Shown: piece by piece, positions 18,578 to 27,110 of the stretch
How the letters are laid out: each line of letters starts with the position of its first letter
Numbering within the stretch: the stretch's first letter is position 1
From: a virus
Taxonomy: Duplodnaviria; Caudoviricetes
Direction: 5' to 3' (one strand)
Virus record (IMG/VR): IMGVR_UViG_3300037483_001802
Span: 1 to 48,733 of that record
DNA: 48,733 nt
The notes under the pieces: model-generated
The model's input: the letters and a program-made list of their open reading frames with translations, nothing else
Database searches by the model: none
Told to the model about the DNA's origin: nothing
Program-made: the position numbers and the translations under genes

Positions 18578-19425
18578 AATGTTTCTACCATTCGCGGGAT
18601 CTTGACGGGCATTGTGCGGGGGCGATTGTGAAGTTTTTTAATCCTGAATGCGAGCTTGTCGGGATCGATTATGGCGAGCAGTTTGATATGGATTCGATCA
18701 TACCGCTTGAAATTGTATTCATGGTTGATTTCAGTCTGTCCAAAGAAGAAATGCTTGAGTTGAGCGGCATGGCGGATTTGGTTTGGATAGATCATCATAA
18801 GACTGCTCTTGATATCCCTGAATTGCAAGGGATCCCTGGCAAGCGAGATGTCCGGTTTTCCGGGTGTGAGCTTGCGTGGTTGTATTTTGCTGATGTGTTG
18901 ACAATGCCCCCGGCTGTCTACCTATTGGGGCGGTTTGATGTATGGAATCATGAGGCGAACCCGAATGTCTTGCCGTTTCAGTATGGGATGAGGAGGTTTA
19001 AAAGCACCCGGCCTGAACGAGCTGGTTGGTTGTGGCAGATGCTATTTTCTGCGACGTGGGATGATGCGATTATCAAGGAAATCTCTGAAGCGGGGCGGTT
19101 CATTGTTGATTACGAAAAGTCACGGAACGCTTTTGCGGCTGAGATTAATTCTTTTGAAACTTACTTTTCCGGATACCGGGCTATTGTCCTGAATGCGTGG
19201 CCTGCTACTTCGATCATGTTTGATTCTGTTTTTGATCATGAGCGGCATGAGGTCATGATTGCCTTTGGCTTCACACGCGGGAAATGGTCTGTTTCTCTTT
19301 ACGCGAATAATGATATTGATGTCAGCGAAATTGCCAAGAGATATGGCGGCGGCGGGCATAAGAGTGCGGCGGGGTTTGTTTGTGACGATCTGCCTTTTCT
19401 GTCTGGAGTTGAAAAGGCGGCATGA
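18574..19425 (+). CDS. DHH/DHHA1 family phosphoesterase
   Basis: YH..DLDG, MVDFS, IDHH, SGCEL, GGGGHKSAAGF. Confidence 0.93.
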   Translation: MKCFYHSRDLDGHCAGAIVKFFNPECELVGIDYGEQFDMDSIIPLEIVFMVDFSLSKEEMLELSGMADLVWIDHHKTALDIPELQGIPGKRDVRFSGCELAWLYFADVLTMPPAVYLLGRFDVWNHEANPNVLPFQYGMRRFKSTRPERAGWLWQMLFSATWDDAIIKEISEAGRFIVDYEKSRNAFAAEINSFETYFSGYRAIVLNAWPATSIMFDSVFDHERHEVMIAFGFTRGKWSVSLYANNDIDVSEIAKRYGGGGHKSAAGFVCDDLPFLSGVEKAA

Positions 19426-19583
19426 ATATCAAATACAATGGAGTCCGGCGCGATGGGTGTGTCGCGTTCCCTGCTACTGGCGCACCGGGAGAATGGTGTG
19501 ATGAAAATCAAGGGGAATGGTGTGGAAGTTGTAAGCATCGAAGATTCAAAAAAGAGCGGGAAAGGCATAACGGGGTGAATTGA
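19422..19583 (+). CDS. Small Cys-containing protein (53 aa, not in the ORF track)
   Basis: ATGA and TGATG coupling to both neighbours; WC..WCGSC. Confidence 0.5.
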   Translation: MNIKYNGVRRDGCVAFPATGAPGEWCDENQGEWCGSCKHRRFKKERERHNGVN

Positions 19584-20218
19584 TGATCAGCGTAAGTGTA
19601 AAGCAAGCGGGGCAATGGAAAATTGATTTTCCTGCTGGTGGATTGGCGTTGCCGGTGTCATTTTTCAAAACTGCTGCGGAAATTCTGGTGAGGGATATCC
19701 GGGGGAGGATGAATAGGGGAGTTGGCGCGAATAATCAGTTGATGGTTGATAATGCGCCGAATACGAGAAGCGCGGCGGGGTTTGCTGGTCAGTTGGGGAA
19801 ATTCAAGAAGGCGGGGAAGTATAAGGGGAAGGAGCTCGGGGAGAGAACGGGGTGGAAGCGAAAAAGGCCTTCTGTTGCGTCCGGGTGGCTGCGTGATCAT
19901 GTGAAGATTAAGGAGGTCACGGGAAAACATGCGATTATCCATATTGAAGACGCACCTTACCCTGGCGACAAGTACGGCACAACTACTTTGATGGCGGCGA
20001 ATTTTCTCCAGGTCGGCACGTCTGCGCATACGATTGCACCGCGCGGGCCTTGGTTGTTGAGATTCCCCACGACGCAAGGGATTGTGATGGCAAAGCGGGT
20101 TAAGCACCCTGGGACGGTCCCGCGTGAATTTTTCGGGATATCTCCGGCGTTCGAGAAGCACATGGAGAAGAAGATCGAGGAAGAGTTGAATAAAATCATT
20201 GGGGATGTATTCAAATGA
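19583..20218 (+). CDS. Virion morphogenesis / neck protein (gpG/gp10-like)
   Basis: GTSAHTIAP, VKHPG.PREFFGIS. Confidence 0.7.
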   Translation: MISVSVKQAGQWKIDFPAGGLALPVSFFKTAAEILVRDIRGRMNRGVGANNQLMVDNAPNTRSAAGFAGQLGKFKKAGKYKGKELGERTGWKRKRPSVASGWLRDHVKIKEVTGKHAIIHIEDAPYPGDKYGTTTLMAANFLQVGTSAHTIAPRGPWLLRFPTTQGIVMAKRVKHPGTVPREFFGISPAFEKHMEKKIEEELNKIIGDVFK

Positions 20219-23200
20219 GCAAATCGAACGAAGGGCTTTCAAAAGACGATCTGTATAAAAAATACAACATTGTCAAGATGGAGATAGCAATCACGGAAGC
20301 GGAGTTGAAGAATAAGATCGAGAAAACGAAAATTTCCGTTTCCGATTATGTTTCCAGGCTCAAATCACAGGGGATGGCAAAGAAGGATATTCAGGCATTG
20401 ATGGTCAATGATTTGAAAACTGGCGGACCTCTGTTTTCTGAGTTGCGATCTTCTTTTGTTTCCCCTTTCACTTCTTCCGTTTCTCGGATTTCTTCCACGG
20501 TCGCAAATTATGAATCTGCGGGCGGTGATCCTGTGCAGCAGATGACATGGATAGCATCATTTAAAAACACGTGTTCTTCATGCGTTCCGAGGCATGGGGT
20601 TACGAAAAAATATGCCGATTGGGTTAAGGTCGGGTTGCCCGGGAATTTCGGGTCGTATTGCAACGGGTATTGTCAATGCAGATTGTTCCCTATTGAGTAT
20701 CCGGGCGTTGTGGATATGAAAGAGCCGAATAACCGTAAGCAGTGGAAAGAGTTGATGGCTGGCGACAAGGTTGCTGATCCAGCGCAAATGCCCGGCGCCT
20801 TGGTCCAGTCTGAGCGGTTGCTTGCCAAACAGCAGAAGATGATTGCGGAGAGAATAGCGGCGGCGAAGAAGGAGGCGGTGGAGCTTGAGGAGCGGGCGAA
20901 GAAGATCAAGGCGGATATCGCTGAGTCTCAAGCCGCCCTGAAGGAGCAAAAGTATCTGCAGGACCTTGCAAATGATCCTGGAGAAATGTTGACGTTTTGG
21001 GCTGATGAAGCGACGGTTTCGCCTTCCGTATTGATCCCTGGCAATAGCAATATTTTGGGCGGCGGGCCTGCGAAGGTGCAGAGTTGGAAGAAATTTAAGA
21101 AGTCGGTGAAGGATGAGCCTGATTTCGTTTTGCCCGCTCATTTGCACGGCAAGAAAGATCTTGCGTCCGGGGTGATCATCAAGGAGGCGGACGGGCGGAT
21201 CTGGTTGGTGGAGCCGAAGGGAGGGTTTGGCGGGTACAAGGCGACGTTTCCAAAGGGGAGGCTTGAGGACGGGTTGACCCCGGCGCAGAACGCGGCGAAA
21301 GAGGCGTTTGAAGAGACTGGCATGAAGGTCGAGATTACCGGGTTGGTCGGAGATTACGAGAAGACGGAAACATTCACCCGGTACTATATCGGGAAGCGGG
21401 TCGGCGGAGATCCGGCGTTTGCCCATTGGGAGACATCCAGGGTGACGCTCTGTACTCCTGAGCAGGCGCGTAAGCTGCTGAACGTGCAGGTTGACCATGA
21501 TATCCTGGATGATTTTCTTTCCGGGGGGAAGAAGAAGGAGCTTGCGGATAGGTTGACGGCGATCCCCGGCACGCAGAAGGGATCAAATCCGGGCGGCATG
21601 TATGTTGATGGTGATTCGGGTCAAAAATATTATGCTAAATTCTATCGTGACGCGGATCAGGCGCGGTCAGAGTATGTTGCAAACGAGATCGGGAGGAAGC
21701 TCGGAATCGGTGCGCCTGAAAGCCAGTTGCTTGAGATGGTCGGCCCTGGGGGTACCAAGCAGATTGCCATTGTCGCGAAATGGGAAGAGGGGCTTGAGCG
21801 GTTGAACCTGCGAAACCATGCGTTGTTGATGGAGAACGCGGAAGAGATCGCCAAGCAGCACATCAATGCCTCTCTGGTTGCAAATTGGGACGTGGTAGGG
21901 TTGGAGTATGACAACCTGTTGAGGATGCCGGACGGCAAGATAATTGTCATCGATTCGGGAGGGTCTTTCAAGTTCCGGGCGCAGGGCGGGGTGAAGGCGT
22001 TTGACCGTGCGCCTGTTGAGTTTGACTCGTTGTTGAATCCTTTTGTCAATAGGGAATCAAGCGCGGTGTTTTCGCCGGTGGTCGAGGGGTATACGGCGAA
22101 GAATCCTAAACAGCTTATCGCCTGGCTGAAAGGTCTTGATGATGCGGCGATTGAAGATATTTTCAATAAGTCGGGGATGAGTGCATGGCGTTCTATGTCG
22201 GAGATTACGGCGGCGCGGCGCGATGCGCTTATTGAGCAGTTGGAGAAGTATATTGAGTTGCCAAAGGCCGAAACAAGGGCGGTTATCAGTATCAAAGAGG
22301 CGGCGGCGAAGGTAAAGGCTTCCCGGTTGAACGGGTACGCTATCCCTCTTGATGAGGATGATATCGAGGATGTCTATGTTCTCTTTTGGGAGGAGATAGG
22401 TAAGGGCGGCAAGCCTGTTCTGCGGGCGAGGGCGAAGCTTACACCACGGGGCGGGGAAAAGGTTGATGATGTTTTGCGGCAGGAGTTGGGCGCACCTGCG
22501 GCGGCTATGCGGGCGCATAAAACCGGGCCGCAACCTCTGCCTGAAGATGTTTTTTATGGCAATGTTTTGCAGGGGGTGAAGACTGTCGCGTATCATGCCA
22601 AGGACGGTGTGTATAATCAGGAGAAAGTGGCGCTTATGAAGGCGCAGGTTGAACCGCTCAAGAAACTGGTTGCCAGCGGGACGATACAGCAGAAGCAGAT
22701 GGCGATGAAGTACCTTCTTGCAATTGAGGACGTGGAAAAGGCGATTGCTTCAAAGATCCTCCCCGGTAAGATTGAGCAATTCCTTTATGAGCCGCATAAA
22801 GCAGTTGAGAAGGCGGTTGAAGAAAGGATGCGCGGGGCGGTGAAGCCAAAGAAGGAAATTTTCAAGGTCGAGGGCAAGAAGGTTGAAAATGGCGTGGCAA
22901 AGATTGAGGGCGACAACACCCCTTATTATCTTTCCGATGAACAGATCTATTCTTTCGACTTGTCCGGCGATGTTGCTGCCCGGTATGTGCCATGGACGTA
23001 TGGCGATAATAAGTATGCTTTGCGCGGGCAGATGGATTTGTTTATGGATGGCGGGGCGACGGAGAAGAATATCCAGGCGATGGTTGACGCCATTGCCGAT
23101 ATCGGGATAAAGAATAAGCTTGCGGACCCTGATTATATCGAGCTGGTCTATTTGCACAAGCATGCTTATCTGCGCGGTGATGATTTGAAATCAGAGTACA

Positions 23201-23910
23201 AAGTGATTTGGAATTCAGATTTACCGGCGAAAGAGAAGGTCGAAAAGATCAAGGATTTTTTTGAAAGGGAAGGGGTTAAGGTGCGCGGGAATGCGGCGTA
23301 TAAACCTATGGGTGAGTACAATCATTTCGGCCATGGACGGGTTGTGTGGCGGCGGTTTGATTTGCCAGCTGAGCAGATAGCGGAAGATATGAAGGGGTAT
23401 AAGCTCCTGCATTCTGTCCAGGGTGGGCTTAGCATGGATAGATTGATTGACAATGTTCTTAATTCCGGGGGGGAGTTTTCCGCAACAAACGAACGTCTGC
23501 GGCGGGGAATAAACGTTGATAGAACAATGTCCCAGTCTTCTGATATGACATCAGGCGGAGCAAATTACTTTTTCACGAGGATTAAGAGCAACAGATCTGT
23601 TCAGGAAAGGTCGATAGAGTGGGAAATTTCCGAGTTATCAAGGGTCGATGCTATCAGTTATGAGAGTGATTTGTATGGCGATGTCACGGAAGAATCAGTT
23701 ATCCGTACAAGGAAAATAGAACCGTCAGGATGGAAAATAAATTCAGTAAGAAATTCTAATGAGACTATTTTCAAGCATGGTATTGATATCTGGGGCGTTA
23801 CCGCGATCAGGACAAGCGGGCCTATTGAGCGGGAAAAGGTTTTGGCGGTGTTCAAGAAGCATAGGGTTATAGAAATAAACGGGAAAAGTATTGAGGAGAT
23901 AGTCAAATGA
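20215..23910 (+). CDS. MuF-type minor head protein fused to Nudix, HipA/PI4K-like kinase and ART-like domains
   Basis: W..TCSSC..HG..CNGYCQCRL; Nudix box GRLEDGLTPAQNAAKEAFEETGM; GSNPGG/YYAKF/SE/NWD..DN/IDSG; LLHS/FSAT/YFFTR/SNETIF. Confidence 0.8.
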   Translation: MSKSNEGLSKDDLYKKYNIVKMEIAITEAELKNKIEKTKISVSDYVSRLKSQGMAKKDIQALMVNDLKTGGPLFSELRSSFVSPFTSSVSRISSTVANYESAGGDPVQQMTWIASFKNTCSSCVPRHGVTKKYADWVKVGLPGNFGSYCNGYCQCRLFPIEYPGVVDMKEPNNRKQWKELMAGDKVADPAQMPGALVQSERLLAKQQKMIAERIAAAKKEAVELEERAKKIKADIAESQAALKEQKYLQDLANDPGEMLTFWADEATVSPSVLIPGNSNILGGGPAKVQSWKKFKKSVKDEPDFVLPAHLHGKKDLASGVIIKEADGRIWLVEPKGGFGGYKATFPKGRLEDGLTPAQNAAKEAFEETGMKVEITGLVGDYEKTETFTRYYIGKRVGGDPAFAHWETSRVTLCTPEQARKLLNVQVDHDILDDFLSGGKKKELADRLTAIPGTQKGSNPGGMYVDGDSGQKYYAKFYRDADQARSEYVANEIGRKLGIGAPESQLLEMVGPGGTKQIAIVAKWEEGLERLNLRNHALLMENAEEIAKQHINASLVANWDVVGLEYDNLLRMPDGKIIVIDSGGSFKFRAQGGVKAFDRAPVEFDSLLNPFVNRESSAVFSPVVEGYTAKNPKQLIAWLKGLDDAAIEDIFNKSGMSAWRSMSEITAARRDALIEQLEKYIELPKAETRAVISIKEAAAKVKASRLNGYAIPLDEDDIEDVYVLFWEEIGKGGKPVLRARAKLTPRGGEKVDDVLRQELGAPAAAMRAHKTGPQPLPEDVFYGNVLQGVKTVAYHAKDGVYNQEKVALMKAQVEPLKKLVASGTIQQKQMAMKYLLAIEDVEKAIASKILPGKIEQFLYEPHKAVEKAVEERMRGAVKPKKEIFKVEGKKVENGVAKIEGDNTPYYLSDEQIYSFDLSGDVAARYVPWTYGDNKYALRGQMDLFMDGGATEKNIQAMVDAIADIGIKNKLADPDYIELVYLHKHAYLRGDDLKSEYKVIWNSDLPAKEKVEKIKDFFEREGVKVRGNAAYKPMGEYNHFGHGRVVWRRFDLPAEQIAEDMKGYKLLHSVQGGLSMDRLIDNVLNSGGEFSATNERLRRGINVDRTMSQSSDMTSGGANYFFTRIKSNRSVQERSIEWEISELSRVDAISYESDLYGDVTEESVIRTRKIEPSGWKINSVRNSNETIFKHGIDIWGVTAIRTSGPIEREKVLAVFKKHRVIEINGKSIEEIVK

Positions 23911-24266
23911 TATCTGGTGAGATTAAAGAAAAGATCACTGCCCTTATTGACACAGGTGCTGTGTTCACTATCCAGGAGACGGGCGGATTAAAGAGGTTGC
24001 AATTTAAGGTTGGACTGCTTGAGTTCGACGTTGAGGACAACATCCGGTGGTGCAGTTGGTTCCCTGAAGATCAGCATAATTTCCATGTCTTCCAGGTGCA
24101 TGGGGTCCGGATGCTCGATGCCTGTAATTTCGAGTTGCTTACCAATGTCGGGATGGTTTACTTGAATCAGTTCGAGCCGTATGAGGATGAATACAAATTG
24201 TATTGGCATGAATGGGTTAAGGTGCGTGACAATTATCGTGACGATATGAAGCGGATGTATGATTAA
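23907..24266 (+). CDS. Hypothetical protein, candidate immunity protein
   Basis: ATGA-coupled to the effector gene; small, acidic and aromatic-rich. Confidence 0.55.
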   Translation: MISGEIKEKITALIDTGAVFTIQETGGLKRLQFKVGLLEFDVEDNIRWCSWFPEDQHNFHVFQVHGVRMLDACNFELLTNVGMVYLNQFEPYEDEYKLYWHEWVKVRDNYRDDMKRMYD

Positions 24267-24844
24267 AAATATCTCCGGATGAATTTGTTATCAATTTCCG
24301 TGAATACTATTTCTGAATATTTTACGAGAAGTCTTTCGTATGATCCGCCTATATTGTTAGGATCACCATCTTCTATCTTTATTGTTTTTTTGTAATTGTA
24401 ATTCTTGATTACTTTTCCGTCTTGTTCTATCTCGAAAAGAAATTCAATATCCATACCGTAAACGCTGTCAGAAAACATTGTTGCAAGGCTTATGAATGGG
24501 GTAGTATCTGCTGCTGTCATTGCCATGTAGCTGTTCGCTTCGTTTATGGTGATGGTCAAATCTATGTTAGATTTGTCATTTATATTGCAGTTTTTTTCAA
24601 AGAAATTTCTCATATCTTCTTCAATTGTCATTTTTGTTTTTGTCGATAGATTATTGAGATAGCATCTTGAATCAGACATGAATGATGTTCTGCTCTCTTT
24701 TTCTTCTGCATTGTTTTCGACGGTTATACTTTTTGCTTCGCAGTAGGATTCTGTTGATGGTATTTCGTAATTTCTGACGACTTGCAGGTTTGCGCATGAG
24801 GGGATAAATGTCATGATGAATAATAGTAAAAAGTAGTTTTTCAT
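24263..24844 (-). CDS. Lipoprotein moron
   Basis: MKNYFLLLFIMTFIPS-C lipobox, AT-rich, only clear minus-strand gene; AAGGA RBS. Confidence 0.8.
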   Translation of the reverse strand: MKNYFLLLFIMTFIPSCANLQVVRNYEIPSTESYCEAKSITVENNAEEKESRTSFMSDSRCYLNNLSTKTKMTIEEDMRNFFEKNCNINDKSNIDLTITINEANSYMAMTAADTTPFISLATMFSDSVYGMDIEFLFEIEQDGKVIKNYNYKKTIKIEDGDPNNIGGSYERLLVKYSEIVFTEIDNKFIRRYF

Positions 24845-24907
24845 TTAGTATTCCTTGGTGGTCTGGTTGGTGTGTTTTGCTGAAACTGAACGAAGACATG
24901 CCCGCAA

Positions 24908-24937
24908 ACTGTAATGTCTGTCCTGGTCATTTGTCAA
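24908..24937 (-). promoter_or_regulatory. Putative promoter of the lipoprotein gene
   Basis: Minus strand TTGACA-18-TACAGT. Confidence 0.45.
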
Positions 24938-25091
24938 TGGTTGACATTTTTCTCCCTGTTTTTCCCTTATGTATTTATGCCCCCTAACCGATTCCTAACG
25001 CTAACGTAACGGTTCCTTAATGCAAATGAGGTTTATTAACCGCTAAACGGATTAACGGTTGTTAATTATAAATTCAGTGTATAGGTGTGGA

Positions 25092-25343
25092 ATGGGGACA
25101 ATTATGAGACATGCATCAAGTGAGAATGGAGAGGGTGTGCAGGATGCGCGGTTAACGGGATTTTTTGTGCCGCAACGTAATATTACAGGGAGAGACGAAG
25201 ATGTGTTGCGCCAGGCGTCAGGCGTTGCGAAAATGATTGATAGATCCCTTGACTGGGGGGGTGATATCCTGGAAGAAAAGGAGATAGTCCAATATGCATG
25301 TGGAGCAATTTCGAGCCTGATTGATATCGTATTGACTGATTAA
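25092..25343 (+). CDS. Hypothetical protein (start may be 25104)
   Basis: Isolated ORF followed by a terminator. Confidence 0.5.
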   Translation: MGTIMRHASSENGEGVQDARLTGFFVPQRNITGRDEDVLRQASGVAKMIDRSLDWGGDILEEKEIVQYACGAISSLIDIVLTD

Positions 25344-25368
25344 TTTTCTCCAAAAAAAAGATTAAATC

Positions 25369-25399
25369 AGCCCCTGCCTGCCAAGGTTGGGGCTTTTTT
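25369..25399 (+). terminator. Rho-independent terminator
   Basis: AGCCCC-TGCCT..AGGTT-GGGGCT plus T tract. Confidence 0.7.
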
Positions 25400-25455
25400 G
25401 TTTTTAAGCTAGAAAATATATGTAACATGCTGGTTTTATAATATATTTAACCTAG

Positions 25456-25790
25456 CAATGCGCCCGCATATGCGCCCGTAATGCGCCCGTAATGCGTAGA
25501 GCAATGCGGTTTTTTGAATCGCATAAAATCGCATTTTTTTTCCTGAAAATTTTCCCGAGAAAAAAAATGTTTTTGGAGAGTGTAACATCGTGAAAAGGGG
25601 CAAATGACCCAAAATTACAGAAGTTTAAAGAGAAAATACGTGTAACTGTATGATTTTAAGAGATGTTTTTTTTATGCGCCCGCATTGCTGAGGCATATGC
25701 CCCGGTAATGCTGTTACACATGCGCTGGCAATGCCCCTTACCATACCATACCATTCTTTTTTTATTCCCCCTATAGTCCCCCTTTTTTTG
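25456..25790. repeat. Iteron-like cluster (ATGCGCCCGYA x3, GCAATGC/GCATTGC) with A/T tracts; candidate replication origin
   Basis: 11-bp tandem repeats at 25458-25496; 15-bp identity to 3445-3459 in the initiator gene. Confidence 0.6.
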
Positions 25791-25809
25791 GTTTTTTCTC
25801 TGGAAAAAA

Positions 25810-25850
25810 TTGATTTGTGTTCTCGGAAAAATTATTATCCATGGTGAGTG
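25810..25850 (+). promoter_or_regulatory. Promoter with partial operator site
   Basis: TTGATT-17-TATTAT; TATTATCCATGG. Confidence 0.6.
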
Positions 25851-25890
25851 GTTTTTCGTCTGGAAAGAAAAAAATGGAGGATTGGGGATC

Positions 25891-26223
25891 ATGAAAAAAA
25901 TTGTGTCGGTCTGGGTGATAGCGGTTCTCATTTTTTTAGGGAGTTTTTCGTTTGCCGCTGATGCGACGTTTGGCTGGAGTCCGAACACGGAAAAATTTCT
26001 GGCTGGGTATCGGTTGTATCGGGGAACGAAATCCAGGAGCTACTCCATGACGTGGGAAAAGATTTGTGGTCCTGATGTGCGGTCTTGTTGTTCGATTACG
26101 GTCAATGGGTTGGTTTCTGGTAAGACTTATTATTTCAGCATCAAGGCGGTCGGACAGGGATTACAGGAGTCTGATTTTGCGGAAGAGGTTGTTGTGATCG
26201 GGGGAAGTGAAAAAAAATATTGA
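25891..26223 (+). CDS. Secreted fibronectin type III domain protein
   Basis: Signal peptide ending SFA; W.PNTE..LAGYRLY, GLVSGKTYYFSIKA, ESDF. Confidence 0.82.
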   Translation: MKKIVSVWVIAVLIFLGSFSFAADATFGWSPNTEKFLAGYRLYRGTKSRSYSMTWEKICGPDVRSCCSITVNGLVSGKTYYFSIKAVGQGLQESDFAEEVVVIGGSEKKY

Positions 26224-26261
26224 CATTTTGGTGCCATAGAAATTATGATCCATGGTGAATA
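26220..26261 (+). promoter_or_regulatory. Scaffold/capsid promoter with operator
   Basis: TTGACA-18-TATGAT; TATGATCCATGGTGAATA at 26244-26261. Confidence 0.7.
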
Positions 26262-26316
26262 GTTCTAAAATTAAATTTTATTTATATCTGGCGGGAGCCA
26301 TACGGAGAAAAGCGAG

Positions 26317-27090
26317 ATGCCTTTTAAAGCAAAAACCGACGAAAACGGATTCGTGGTCATCAGGGACGGAAATGCTGTGTTGCTCAGCGATGCGGGCGAG
26401 GAAGTAGTTTTCACCGCACCGGAGAAGGTCAGCGAGTTGAATCGTGAATCTGCGAGCCGCAGACATGAGATCAAGGAGCTGAAAGCAAAGCTTGAGCCGT
26501 TCGATGGGCTTGAGGCTGCGGAGATCAAGGAGTTGAAGGCGTTCAAGGAAAATAACAAGGACGCGAAAACTCAGATTGAGCAGATCAAGGCGCAGATTTC
26601 ACAGACCTACGAAGAAAAAATTGCGGAAGGAAAAGCGGTTTCCGAGGAAAAAGACAAGTTGATCCGCAAATTGTCGGTTTCAAACCAGTTTGTCGGGTCT
26701 AAATTCCTGGCGGATAATACGGTTTTGCCTGCTGAAATTGCTGAGGCGTATTTCGGCCAGTATTTTGAGGTGCGCGACGGCGGTGCTGTTGTGGCGAAGT
26801 TCGGCGGCAATGATATTTATTCCAAGACGAAACCGGGGGAGTTGGCTTCGTTCGAGGAAGCAATCAAGTTTGTTGTCGAAAATTCGGCGTTTAAAGACGC
26901 GATCTTGCGTGACCCCGGACAAGGCGGTTCTGGGGCGCATGGTGGAGATCGTAAGCCCGCGATGGGCGGCCAGGTCAACCCCTGGAAGAAGGAAACTCGC
27001 AATTTAACTCTGCAAAGTAAAATTGCCGCTGAAAACCCTGGCCTGGCCGCGAAGATGAAGGCTGAGGCGGGGATTGCAACGGCGGCGTAA
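26317..27090 (+). CDS. Capsid scaffolding protein (DUF6651-like)
   Basis: ESASRRH, coiled coil, PGELASFEEA, GGSG, NPWKK..NLT.Q; precedes the capsid gene. Confidence 0.85.
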   Translation: MPFKAKTDENGFVVIRDGNAVLLSDAGEEVVFTAPEKVSELNRESASRRHEIKELKAKLEPFDGLEAAEIKELKAFKENNKDAKTQIEQIKAQISQTYEEKIAEGKAVSEEKDKLIRKLSVSNQFVGSKFLADNTVLPAEIAEAYFGQYFEVRDGGAVVAKFGGNDIYSKTKPGELASFEEAIKFVVENSAFKDAILRDPGQGGSGAHGGDRKPAMGGQVNPWKKETRNLTLQSKIAAENPGLAAKMKAEAGIATAA

Positions 27091-27110
27091 AATAAAAAGG
27101 CTGGTGTGAT

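Noticed and set aside
20578-21498. Long minus-strand ORFs (306 aa here; also 34899-35723, 13504-14208, 14618-15346)
   Set aside because: Antisense shadows of well-supported + strand genes, with no motifs or RBS
25458-25496. CRISPR or mini-array
   Set aside because: 11-bp tandem units without spacers; the same holds for 5702 and 45774; no cas operon
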